A stretch of DNA of 64,000 nt from an uncultured Gammaproteobacteria bacterium. Its GTDB lineage: Bacteria > Patescibacteriota > Microgenomatia > Levybacterales > GWA1-39-11. Under the pieces are notes generated by a model, which was not told the origin of the DNA, searched no databases, and was given only the letters and a program-made list of their open reading frames with translations. Position numbers and translations under genes: made by a program. The stretch covers positions 87,858 through 151,857 of the forward strand of contig CAZXND010000001.1 in the NCBI GenBank assembly GCA_964641355.1. Reading direction: 5' to 3'. This document shows, in pieces, positions 47,954 to 56,809 of this stretch. Position 1 is the stretch's first letter. The number at the start of each line of letters is the position of its first letter.

Positions 47954-49603
47954 CTAAATTTCAATAACAACGGGGACAACTAACGGCTCTTTTCCCTCTT
48001 GATATAACACCTCTTCAGCTTTTTCACTTAAAAGTTTTTTAATATGTATCCAATTAGAAACTCTTTCTTTCCTTTTTGATAGAATATTTCTTACTCTAGA
48101 CTCTATAGTATTAGAAAGCCGATTCTTATCTTGATACATAAATCCTTTAGTTATTAAGTCAAGTCTGCCTACCATTTGCCCATTATTAGAGTCTATTTCT
48201 GCTACAACAATAACAACCCCTTCTTCTGAGATCTTTTTTCTATCAAGCACAACGAAGTTTTCAACTTCTTCCTCTGTAATCTTATCGACAAAAACTGCCC
48301 CAGCATCAACTTTTCTACCAAAAGAATAAGTATCTTTTGAAAAAACGACCTCTTGACCATCCTCAAGAAGAATCGTATCATCACTTAAATATCCCATACT
48401 ATTTGCTATTTCCCGAAAAGCTACCATGTGTCTATAGGTTCCCCCTATGGGTATGAGAAACTTTGGAGCAGTTAGAGCAATCATAAGTTTAATATCCCCT
48501 TCTGAGCCATGTCCTGATACATGAAACTCATCCGTAATATCCGAGTAGACAACCTTAACTCTTTTTTTTGATATAGTGTCGATTAAAGAATTAACGCTTA
48601 TTTCATTCCCTGGAATTGGATCAGCAGAAAATATTACAACATCACCAGCCTTCATCCTAATATCTCGATCTTCATCGCTTGCTATCCTCACCAAAGCTGA
48701 CTCCTCTTGAGCTTGACTTCCTGCAACCAAAATAAGAACTTTTGACGGGTCGTATTTATTTATTTCATAAGGTTTTATTTCCATTTTTTTGGGAAGCTTC
48801 ATATAGCTAAGTTGTCGCCCAATATCACGAGATTTAAGAAAAGAACGACCTATAAAACATACTTTTCTTCCATACTTAGCCGCTACTTCTAGCGCCTGAT
48901 TCATTCTTGAAATATTTGAAGAATAAGTAGTTATAAAAACTTTTCCTTTAGCATTCCTAATCTCATCCTCAAAACTTTGGGAAATATCCTTTTCAGAAGC
49001 AGAGTGTCCCTTTCTTTCTGCCCCAAGCGAATCACAGAAAAGACATGTTATTCCTTGAGCTGATAATTGAGCGATTTTTCTAATATCAGAAGGTTTTCCA
49101 TCAACTGGGGTAAAATCAAATTTGAAATCACTAGCGTGAAAAAAATTGGCTGTTGGAGTTTTTATAAAAATATTGGCAGTATCCATAACAGAATGTGTTA
49201 CTCTTACAAAGGTTGCAGTAAAATTTCCTATTTTTATTTCCTCAGAAAAATTGACAATTTTAACTTTTTTATCAATTCTTCTATCGGCGAATTTTCCATT
49301 CTCAAGCTCAGCTGTAAGTCTTGAAGCAAAAATTGGAAAATCAGGAAGCTGGTTAATTAAAAATGGAAGCGCACCTATATGATCTTCGTGTCCATGAGTA
49401 AGAACCATTCCAACAATTTTTTTCTTAGTATTTTTTAAGTAAGTTATATCAGGGATCAAAAAATCTACACCAAGATCTGTTTCATTAGCAAATCCAAGAC
49501 CACAATCAACTATAAGAATCTCTTCTCCCCATTCATAGAGATACATGTTTTTAGTAACGTCACCAATCCCACCAATGGGTATAAATGATACTTTGTCTTG
49601 CAT
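47954..49603 (-). CDS. rnj: Ribonuclease J
   Basis: THGHEDHIG, SDFKFD, PIPGNE, HVSGHG; start reassigned to 49603. Confidence 0.96.
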   Translation of the reverse strand: MQDKVSFIPIGGIGDVTKNMYLYEWGEEILIVDCGLGFANETDLGVDFLIPDITYLKNTKKKIVGMVLTHGHEDHIGALPFLINQLPDFPIFASRLTAELENGKFADRRIDKKVKIVNFSEEIKIGNFTATFVRVTHSVMDTANIFIKTPTANFFHASDFKFDFTPVDGKPSDIRKIAQLSAQGITCLFCDSLGAERKGHSASEKDISQSFEDEIRNAKGKVFITTYSSNISRMNQALEVAAKYGRKVCFIGRSFLKSRDIGRQLSYMKLPKKMEIKPYEINKYDPSKVLILVAGSQAQEESALVRIASDEDRDIRMKAGDVVIFSADPIPGNEISVNSLIDTISKKRVKVVYSDITDEFHVSGHGSEGDIKLMIALTAPKFLIPIGGTYRHMVAFREIANSMGYLSDDTILLEDGQEVVFSKDTYSFGRKVDAGAVFVDKITEEEVENFVVLDRKKISEEGVVIVVAEIDSNNGQMVGRLDLITKGFMYQDKNRLSNTIESRVRNILSKRKERVSNWIHIKKLLSEKAEEVLYQEGKEPLVVPVVIEI

Positions 49604-49613
49604 TAGGAATATT

Positions 49614-50684
49614 CTACCATTTGGAAACAAATTGAGTAATATTAGATTTATTTATGATAAATTTTTGATTTGGAGATATTTTCCCTTCGAGTATAAGTAG
49701 TGCTACTCTTCTTACAACACTTTGAATAGTTCTCTGTAAACTCCGAATTCCAGAATCATACCCTAAAGGTCTAACAATGTCATCCCAAACACTATCATCT
49801 ATTATTAAATCGTTAATTGTTAAACCCGATTCTGTCAAAATCTTAGGAAACATATGTGTTTTTGCTATTGTAATTTTCTCACTATCTGAATAAGACGGCA
49901 TTTGAATCATTTCAAGCCTATCAATAACAGCAGTTGAAATATCTTTAGTATTATTTGAAGTTGCTATAAATAAAACATCCGATAAATCAAATGGAAAATC
50001 AATATAGTGATCAACGAAGTTTTTGTTTTGTTCAGGATCAAGAATCTCAACAAGAACACCCATTATGTCTGCTCTTGCATCTTCACTCACCCTATCTATT
50101 TCATCAAGAAGAATTACTAGGTTTCGACTCTTTGCATGTTTCAGAGCTTTAATAATCGCCCCAGGTTCTGCGTCAGAAGAAAATCTTGATCGACCTCGAA
50201 GTTGAACAGGAGAACCCATTCCTCCGAAAGGAATTCTCTCAATCCTTCTTCCAAGAGCTTCAGCAATTGAATAAGCAATAGTAGTTTTACCAACTCCAAC
50301 AAGTCCCACTAAAGAGATTATGGGAGCACGTAAGATCTTTTCTCCACTTCCTGCAAATCTTTGCTCTTTAATTATCATTACCGAAAGATATTCAAGTATT
50401 TTTTCTTTAACATCAGCCAGTCCAAAGTGATTTTTATCAAGCACCTGACGAGCGTGATTAAGATCAAGAATATCCTTTGTTTCACTTTGCCATGGAAGAG
50501 AAGTTACCCAATCTATATATCTTGAAATATTGTCATATTCAATAAAAAAACTAGAATCCTTTTCAACAATTTTTAATCTTTCAAGAAGTGAATTCGCTTT
50601 TTCTTTTAAATCTTGTGGGAGACTAATAGATACAATCTTTTCTTCAAGTTTTTTAATTTGGACAGCTGTGGCAGATTGCTCCAT
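49614..50684 (-). CDS. Lon-type AAA+ ATPase lacking the N-terminal and protease domains
   Basis: LPW, LDKNHFGLADVKEKILEYL, Walker A GLVGVGKTT, Walker B LLDEID, EILDPEQN..FVDHY..FDLS; ends after the AAA lid. Confidence 0.85.
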   Translation of the reverse strand: MEQSATAVQIKKLEEKIVSISLPQDLKEKANSLLERLKIVEKDSSFFIEYDNISRYIDWVTSLPWQSETKDILDLNHARQVLDKNHFGLADVKEKILEYLSVMIIKEQRFAGSGEKILRAPIISLVGLVGVGKTTIAYSIAEALGRRIERIPFGGMGSPVQLRGRSRFSSDAEPGAIIKALKHAKSRNLVILLDEIDRVSEDARADIMGVLVEILDPEQNKNFVDHYIDFPFDLSDVLFIATSNNTKDISTAVIDRLEMIQMPSYSDSEKITIAKTHMFPKILTESGLTINDLIIDDSVWDDIVRPLGYDSGIRSLQRTIQSVVRRVALLILEGKISPNQKFIINKSNITQFVSKW

Positions 50685-50708
50685 GGAAAAAGTATATCAA
50701 AAATGAGT

Positions 50709-52934
50709 CTATCTTACGCGTCGATCTCTTCTTGGAGGAAAGTCTCTATTATTTCGGCTGGCGTTTCTTCCAGCAGGCCTTCTTACAAAATCTTCTCTTC
50801 TTCTTTCTCTATCTATTCTTTCGTCACGAACTCTCTGTGGTCTTTCTTGTCTTTCACCAAAAAGCATTGAAAGATTCACTCTTCCTTGATCATCAATTTC
50901 TTTTACTCTAACCTTTACTATTTGATCCAACTTTATTACATCATTGGGATTATTTACATAGTTTTCTGACATCTCCGAAACATGAACCATTCCTTCTTTT
51001 CCTGGAACTATCTCAACAAATGCTCCAAATGGAAGAATTCTCTTAACTTTTCCTTCAAAAACTTCTCCACGCTGCAACTCTCTTGTTAAAAGCTCAACCC
51101 ATGAAACCGCTTTTTCTACAGCCTCCTCATCAATTGAAGCAATTGTAACCGACCCATCCTCTTCCACATCTATTTGAGCGCCTGTTGAAGCAATAATATT
51201 TTTAATTACTTTGCCTCCACTTCCGATTACTTCTCCGATTTTTTCAGGATTAATTTTAATTACTTTTATTTTTGGAGCAAACTTTGATACACCAGTTCTT
51301 GACTCAGGAATAATTGAAAGCATTTTTTCAAGAATTGAAAGTCTTGCAACTTTAGCCTTTGCTAAGGTTTCTTCAATCTGCTCACGATTCAAACCAGAGT
51401 TTTTAACATCGAGTTGAATTGCGGTAACCCCGTTTTTTGTTCCTGCAACTTTAAAGTCCATATCTCCAGAAAAATCTTCCAAACCAATAATATCTGTCAT
51501 AATCACATATTTTTTATCATCCGACATCATTCCCATCGCAATTCCCGCAACTGGTGAGACTATGGGTACTCCAGCATCCATAAGTGCAAGAGTAGAACCA
51601 CAAGTAGAAGCCATCGACGTAGAACCATTTGATGACATGACTTCTGAAACAACCCTAACTGCATAGGGGAAACTTGACGCAAGTGGCATAACAGCTTCAA
51701 TCGCCTTTTCTGCAAGAGCTCCATGCCCAATCTCTCTTCTTGAAGGACTTCCCACTCTTCCAGTCTCACCTACTGAATACGGAGGCATAGAGTAGTGATG
51801 CATATATCTTTTTGCCTCTTCACCTTCAGGACTCTCGATTAACTGTTCATAAGAAGGCATGGCAAGTGTTGCCACTGTCAAAACCTGAGTATCTCCTCTT
51901 TGAAAGATTGCTGATCCGTGCGTTCTTGGTAAAATTCCAACCTTTACAGAAATAGGTCTAACCTCATCTGTTGGTCTTCCATCAGGTCTCTTCCCCTCGT
52001 TTAGAATTCTTTCTCTAACACTTTTTTTGAAAACGTAATCAACAGCATCCTTAATCTTTCTTTTGTCCTCGAAGTTTTCAGATTCAACCTTATAAACTTC
52101 TTCTCCCAATGCATCGATTTCACTACCTATTCCCTCACCAATTCCACCTTCCATCAGTTTTAGGATTTTATCTTTGTGTGATTTTTCAACTAGAACTATC
52201 GCTTCATCAAGTTTCTCGTCACGAGAAAGCTCAATCTTAGACTCCCCAACTTCTGCCACCATTTCATTAATAAAATCAACAATCTTTCCATTCCAAACCT
52301 TCGCCTCTTCAATTGCAGCAACAACTTCTTCTTCTGCAATTTGTTTACCTTCAGCTTCGATCATAATCGCCTTATCTTTTGTACCAGATACTACAACTTC
52401 TAAATCTGTGAATTCTTCTTCGTTCGTACCTGGATTTACTACAAATTCAATTTGTCCATTATCTCTAACAAGACCAATATTTATTCCACTAATAGGACCT
52501 TTCCAAGGAATTTTAGAAACAGCAAGAGCTGCTGAAGTAGCAATGATTCCAAGAACTCCTGGATCATTTTCTCCATCAACCGATAAAACAGTTACAACAA
52601 CTTGAACGTCTTTTTTTAGTTCTTTAGGAAAAAGAGGTCTTATAGATCTATCAATAAGCCTTGCTTTAAGAATTGCATCGTCAGATGGTCTTCCTTCACG
52701 TTTAACCCATTTGCTTCCCTTAATTCTTCCTCCTGCGTAAAGTCTTTCTACGTATTCAACGCTTAGAGGAAAATACCCAAGCTCAGTATCGTTACGACCC
52801 ATAACAACAGTTGACAAAACCATCGTATCCCCAAGCTTAGCAAGCACAGAAGAGGTTGCCTGTTGGGCTAATACTCCTGTTTCAAGTGTTAGATTGCTGT
52901 CTCCTATGAGGAGGGTTTTCGAGGAAATCTTCAT
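50709..52934 (-). CDS. pnp: Polyribonucleotide nucleotidyltransferase
   Basis: RLIDRSIRPLF, RREIGHG, SNGSTSMAS, GDMDFKVAG, KH and S1 domains. Confidence 0.98.
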   Translation of the reverse strand: MKISSKTLLIGDSNLTLETGVLAQQATSSVLAKLGDTMVLSTVVMGRNDTELGYFPLSVEYVERLYAGGRIKGSKWVKREGRPSDDAILKARLIDRSIRPLFPKELKKDVQVVVTVLSVDGENDPGVLGIIATSAALAVSKIPWKGPISGINIGLVRDNGQIEFVVNPGTNEEEFTDLEVVVSGTKDKAIMIEAEGKQIAEEEVVAAIEEAKVWNGKIVDFINEMVAEVGESKIELSRDEKLDEAIVLVEKSHKDKILKLMEGGIGEGIGSEIDALGEEVYKVESENFEDKRKIKDAVDYVFKKSVRERILNEGKRPDGRPTDEVRPISVKVGILPRTHGSAIFQRGDTQVLTVATLAMPSYEQLIESPEGEEAKRYMHHYSMPPYSVGETGRVGSPSRREIGHGALAEKAIEAVMPLASSFPYAVRVVSEVMSSNGSTSMASTCGSTLALMDAGVPIVSPVAGIAMGMMSDDKKYVIMTDIIGLEDFSGDMDFKVAGTKNGVTAIQLDVKNSGLNREQIEETLAKAKVARLSILEKMLSIIPESRTGVSKFAPKIKVIKINPEKIGEVIGSGGKVIKNIIASTGAQIDVEEDGSVTIASIDEEAVEKAVSWVELLTRELQRGEVFEGKVKRILPFGAFVEIVPGKEGMVHVSEMSENYVNNPNDVIKLDQIVKVRVKEIDDQGRVNLSMLFGERQERPQRVRDERIDRERRREDFVRRPAGRNASRNNRDFPPRRDRRVR

Positions 52935-52958
52935 TAATTTTTTCTTTCTATGTATATT

Positions 52959-53225
52959 TTAAACGAGTCCGGCTTTTTTTCCAATAGATACGGCTCTTTC
53001 CTTATCTGTTTTAACTAAAAAATTGTAAAGTCTTCTTCTTTTAGAAAGCATGTTTAAAAGCCCACGTCTTGAATGTGAATCCTTCTGATGAATCTTGAGA
53101 TGATCAGTAAGTTTTTGAATCTTATGTGAAAGAAGTGCAATTTGAACTTCAGGACTTCCTGTGTCCCCATCCACTACTTTATTTTCTGAAATAATTTTCT
53201 TTTTTTCGTCAGCTGTTAATGGCAT
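52959..53225 (-). CDS. rpsO: 30S ribosomal protein S15
   Basis: [21 protein letters not shown]; start reassigned to 53225. Confidence 0.97.
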   Translation of the reverse strand: MPLTADEKKKIISENKVVDGDTGSPEVQIALLSHKIQKLTDHLKIHQKDSHSRRGLLNMLSKRRRLYNFLVKTDKERAVSIGKKAGLV

Positions 53226-53245
53226 ATTTTTAAAAAGACTTGTCA

Positions 53246-53274
53246 ATTTTAGCAAATTTGAGGCAAAGATTCAA
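53246..53274 (-). promoter_or_regulatory. rpsO promoter
   Basis: TTGAAT(53274-53269)-17 nt-TAAAAT(53251-53246), extended TG. Confidence 0.7.
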
Positions 53275-53288
53275 TCCGAAGTTAATAT

Positions 53289-54227
53289 CTAAACATTTGG
53301 ATCATCTTGACCCTTGAAAACCTTTGGAACGAACCAATCGCTTGGAACATCTTCCTCATTAAAACCATTATTAAAATTCTGATTCTGAGTGATTGGCTTA
53401 GACTGTCTTACCTCTGTCTGATTCTGCACTTGAGCTTGAGGCTGTCTTCTTTGAAAAGAAGCACCTCCTTGCCCACGAACTTCATTTCGTACTTTTGATT
53501 GTCGTCTTGCACCATGTTTTAAAAGAAACGCTGCTGCTTCAAAAGCGTAAGGACTGGTTTTTTGAGAAGAAAAATCAGAAGTCGACCTTGATAATCCATC
53601 TAATAAATTTTGCGCTACATCAAGAGAAAATGGAAGCGATAATTCTGAGAGTATCTTGGATATAATTTCACTTGTTGAAGAAAAAGCAGAATCAACAAAT
53701 ACTAAATCTCCATAAAGCGAATTAGCAGGGTTATTGTCAATATTAACAATCTTAGCACCTGACAAATCAATTACTCCCGAAAGCTTATCTTGGCTTGAAA
53801 CACCTATTACAAAAACTAGACTGGGTGAAGAACCTTTCTTTATAAATTGAATCTCTTGATCGCTAAAATTAATACCATTCGTCTCAGCAAAAAGATTTAC
53901 ATTAAGACGATCTCCTTCTATATTATAGGAAACCTTCTCAATATCCCCATCTCTATATGGGACAGAAATAACAAGAGTTTTAGTACTCCCTTCAAACTCT
54001 CTTTTTATCTTATCTATACCAACCAAATTTGAAATTTCAACTATAGGTTCTTTTCTCGAAACTACTTGGACTGTTTTACCAAGATCTGAAAGAGACAGAA
54101 AAAGGCCTAATCCCGCAGCTGTTTTATCCAAATTTTGATCTCCACCAATAAATATCCCGATGCTTGGAGCTTGAGAGATTAAATCATTTAAAATATTTCT
54201 TGAACTTGCGAAGGAATTATCATTCAT
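53289..54227 (-). CDS. Degenerate DHH/NrnA-like protein
   Basis: Position after infB; NIDNNPAN where IDHH is expected, SSTSEII, AQNLLDGL; low-complexity C-tail. Confidence 0.65.
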   Translation of the reverse strand: MNDNSFASSRNILNDLISQAPSIGIFIGGDQNLDKTAAGLGLFLSLSDLGKTVQVVSRKEPIVEISNLVGIDKIKREFEGSTKTLVISVPYRDGDIEKVSYNIEGDRLNVNLFAETNGINFSDQEIQFIKKGSSPSLVFVIGVSSQDKLSGVIDLSGAKIVNIDNNPANSLYGDLVFVDSAFSSTSEIISKILSELSLPFSLDVAQNLLDGLSRSTSDFSSQKTSPYAFEAAAFLLKHGARRQSKVRNEVRGQGGASFQRRQPQAQVQNQTEVRQSKPITQNQNFNNGFNEEDVPSDWFVPKVFKGQDDPNV

Positions 54228-54233
54228 AGTATT

Positions 54234-55691
54234 TTAACTACAGGATAATATCACATCACCCACAGAAAAGTCAACAAACGGAGAGAGCTGCATACCACAC
54301 TCAACATCTTTTTCTACCTTTTTTACCTCTTCTTTTCCTCTTCTTAAGCTAAGTATTTTAGATTTACCTAATTCTAAATCTCCATGCATAACTTTTACCT
54401 TATCACCAACAACAACCCGACCATCAATAACTTTTATACCCAAAATTTTTTTATCCTTTTCTCCAAAAGAAGCCAATACTTCAGCTTTTCCCAATATTTG
54501 CTCTTCATCGCTTTTCAAAAACGCTTCAGTTGCCTCGCTTACCTCGTCTATTAATTCGTAAATGATTTTATAGATCCTGTAGAAAACTTTTTGGTTTTCC
54601 GCCAATATCTGTGCATCTTTTGAGATCTGTACATTAAAACCTACAACTATTGCTTTCAGATCTTTTGCCATTAAAACATCTGAGACACTCACATCTCCCT
54701 GTGAAACATATACCACTTTTACAGACTCAGGAAGAGAAGCCAAAACTGCTTCCTCTTCCCCTCTACTTTCAGTTTTAAGAACAATAGGAAGCTTTCCCCC
54801 TTCGTCTTCTCCAAAAATTTTTGCATAAGCGGAGATAGCTTCCGCTTTTACCTCAACTTTTGTTTCTACTTTCTTCTCAATCGAATGAAGATATACAAGT
54901 GATCCGGTAGTCAAAACCTCTGACAAACCTATTATTTCAATTGCGTCTCCAGGGAACGCCTCTTTTACACTAACTACGTGTGAATTGAAAAGAGCTCTTA
55001 CCTTTCCTGCTTCACCATTTTCACTGTATATTCTCTCTCCCACTTTAATTTTACCCTGTTTTACAATAAGGGAAGCTAAATTACCCCTCCTCTTATCAAG
55101 CTTAGATTCAATTACTATCCCTAGAAAATCCGCATTTTCTTCCTTAATTTTTCCGGAGAGATCATAACTTAAAATAATTAAGTCCAGAAGCTCATTTACA
55201 CCTACACCAGTTTTGGAAGAAACACCAATAAAAGGTGTATTACCTCCCAAACCTTCAAGGAGAATCCCTTCGTGCATTACCTGCTGCTTTACTTTTTCGA
55301 TGTTTGCAGATTCAAGATCAATTTTTGTAAATACTACAATAAAGGGAATTTTAGACTCAAGTATCTTTACTATTGATTCTTTAGTCTGAGGCATAACACC
55401 ATCATCTGAAGCTACAACTAGAAGTGCGATGTCACAAGCTGCAACTCCGTGCGATCTCATGTTCTGAAAAGCTTCGTGTCCCGGTGTGTCAATAAAAGTT
55501 ATCCTTCTATCTTCTCCTTCGTGTTTTACAACTATTTCTGAAGCACCGATTTTTTGAGTTATTCCTCCGTGCTCACGATCGGCCTGATTTGAAGATCTTA
55601 TCTTATCAAGAAGAGAAGTTTTACCATGGTCAACATGGCCTAAAACTGAAACGACAGGCGGAAAAGTTTTTTTTCTACTAGATTCGTCCAT
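54234..55691 (-). CDS. infB: Translation initiation factor IF-2 (no N-terminal domain)
   Basis: [43 protein letters not shown]. Confidence 0.96.
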   Translation of the reverse strand: MDESSRKKTFPPVVSVLGHVDHGKTSLLDKIRSSNQADREHGGITQKIGASEIVVKHEGEDRRITFIDTPGHEAFQNMRSHGVAACDIALLVVASDDGVMPQTKESIVKILESKIPFIVVFTKIDLESANIEKVKQQVMHEGILLEGLGGNTPFIGVSSKTGVGVNELLDLIILSYDLSGKIKEENADFLGIVIESKLDKRRGNLASLIVKQGKIKVGERIYSENGEAGKVRALFNSHVVSVKEAFPGDAIEIIGLSEVLTTGSLVYLHSIEKKVETKVEVKAEAISAYAKIFGEDEGGKLPIVLKTESRGEEEAVLASLPESVKVVYVSQGDVSVSDVLMAKDLKAIVVGFNVQISKDAQILAENQKVFYRIYKIIYELIDEVSEATEAFLKSDEEQILGKAEVLASFGEKDKKILGIKVIDGRVVVGDKVKVMHGDLELGKSKILSLRRGKEEVKKVEKDVECGMQLSPFVDFSVGDVILSCS

Positions 55692-55721
55692 AAATTGTAG
55701 ATAATGAGACTCAAATTCATA

Positions 55722-56717
55722 TTATTCAGCGCTTACTTCTTTAGCGTTTTCAGATTCTGTCTCATCAATTCCCTCTACTTCAATATTATATCCTGTTAAC
55801 TTTGAAGCCAAACGAACATTTTGTCCTTCTTTGCCGATTATTAAAGGGAGCTCCTCTTTTGGAGCGCTAACTACTGCTGCATTTTCTTTTTCGTTTACTG
55901 TAACCGTGATATTTTTTGCCGGTGATAATGAATTAGTTATAAATTTCACAGGATCACTATTCCATTGAATTACATCAATTTTTTCAAGACCATCTAGAGC
56001 ATCTATTACCGCCTGGATTCTTACTCCTTTTTGCCCAACGCAAGATCCTACTGGATCAATTCCCGATTGTTCAGAAAAAACAGCCACTTTTGCTCTACTT
56101 CCAGGTTCCCTAACTGTCTTTTTTATTACGACGCTTCCTGAGGCAACTTCTGGGACTTCTCTCTTAAGCAATCCTTCAATAAGTCCTGAATGGCTTCTTG
56201 AAACAAAAACTTCTCTTCCCTTTTTATCTTCAGCTATTTCAACAATATAAACAGGCATCTTTTTATTTAGAAAGTATTGTTCATTTTGAATTTTATTAGG
56301 AGGAGTCATAATTGCTTCCGATTTACCTATATCTACAATAATATTTGGGCCAGCAAATCTTAAAATCATTCCGTTTACCACTGTTCCAACCCTCTTTGAA
56401 TATTCTTCAAGAATAGCGTCTTTTTCTTTTTCACGAATTTTTTGAAGTAATACCTGCTTTGCAGTTTGGGCCGCAATTCTTCCAAATCCTGGAGGAGTAA
56501 TATCTTTTCCCTTATAAAGAATTTTAGTTTCTCCACTTGAAGAATTAAGATCAACTGAGTAATCTTCCTCATTCTCTTCTACTTCTGGATGGTCTTTTTT
56601 GTAAGCCGCTAAGATCGCGCTTTGAATTGTCTCAAGAACGGTTGATGGATCAACTCCTCGTTCAGAGGCTATTTGATTTAGCGCTAAAGTAAACTCGCTT
56701 CTTTGAACAACTGCCAT
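55722..56717 (-). CDS. nusA: Transcription termination factor NusA
   Basis: FGRIAAQTAKQ, REPGSRAKVAV, GSCVG, IGKEGQNVRLA; start reassigned to 56717. Confidence 0.97.
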   Translation of the reverse strand: MAVVQRSEFTLALNQIASERGVDPSTVLETIQSAILAAYKKDHPEVEENEEDYSVDLNSSSGETKILYKGKDITPPGFGRIAAQTAKQVLLQKIREKEKDAILEEYSKRVGTVVNGMILRFAGPNIIVDIGKSEAIMTPPNKIQNEQYFLNKKMPVYIVEIAEDKKGREVFVSRSHSGLIEGLLKREVPEVASGSVVIKKTVREPGSRAKVAVFSEQSGIDPVGSCVGQKGVRIQAVIDALDGLEKIDVIQWNSDPVKFITNSLSPAKNITVTVNEKENAAVVSAPKEELPLIIGKEGQNVRLASKLTGYNIEVEGIDETESENAKEVSAE

Positions 56718-56787
56718 AATACTTAATGTGGTGGGTAATCCCACCACGAATTGTCCTAATTTTAACAAATGCGTGAGCGTGAGTCAA
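56718..56787 (-). promoter_or_regulatory. nusA promoter plus GC-rich leader hairpin
   Basis: TTGACT(56787-56782)-17 nt-TAAAAT(56764-56759); GTGGTGGG-ATTA-CCCACCAC (56747-56728) 10 nt before ATG. Confidence 0.75.
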
Positions 56788-56809
56788 CGTTAAGTAGTAA
56801 AATATATTC

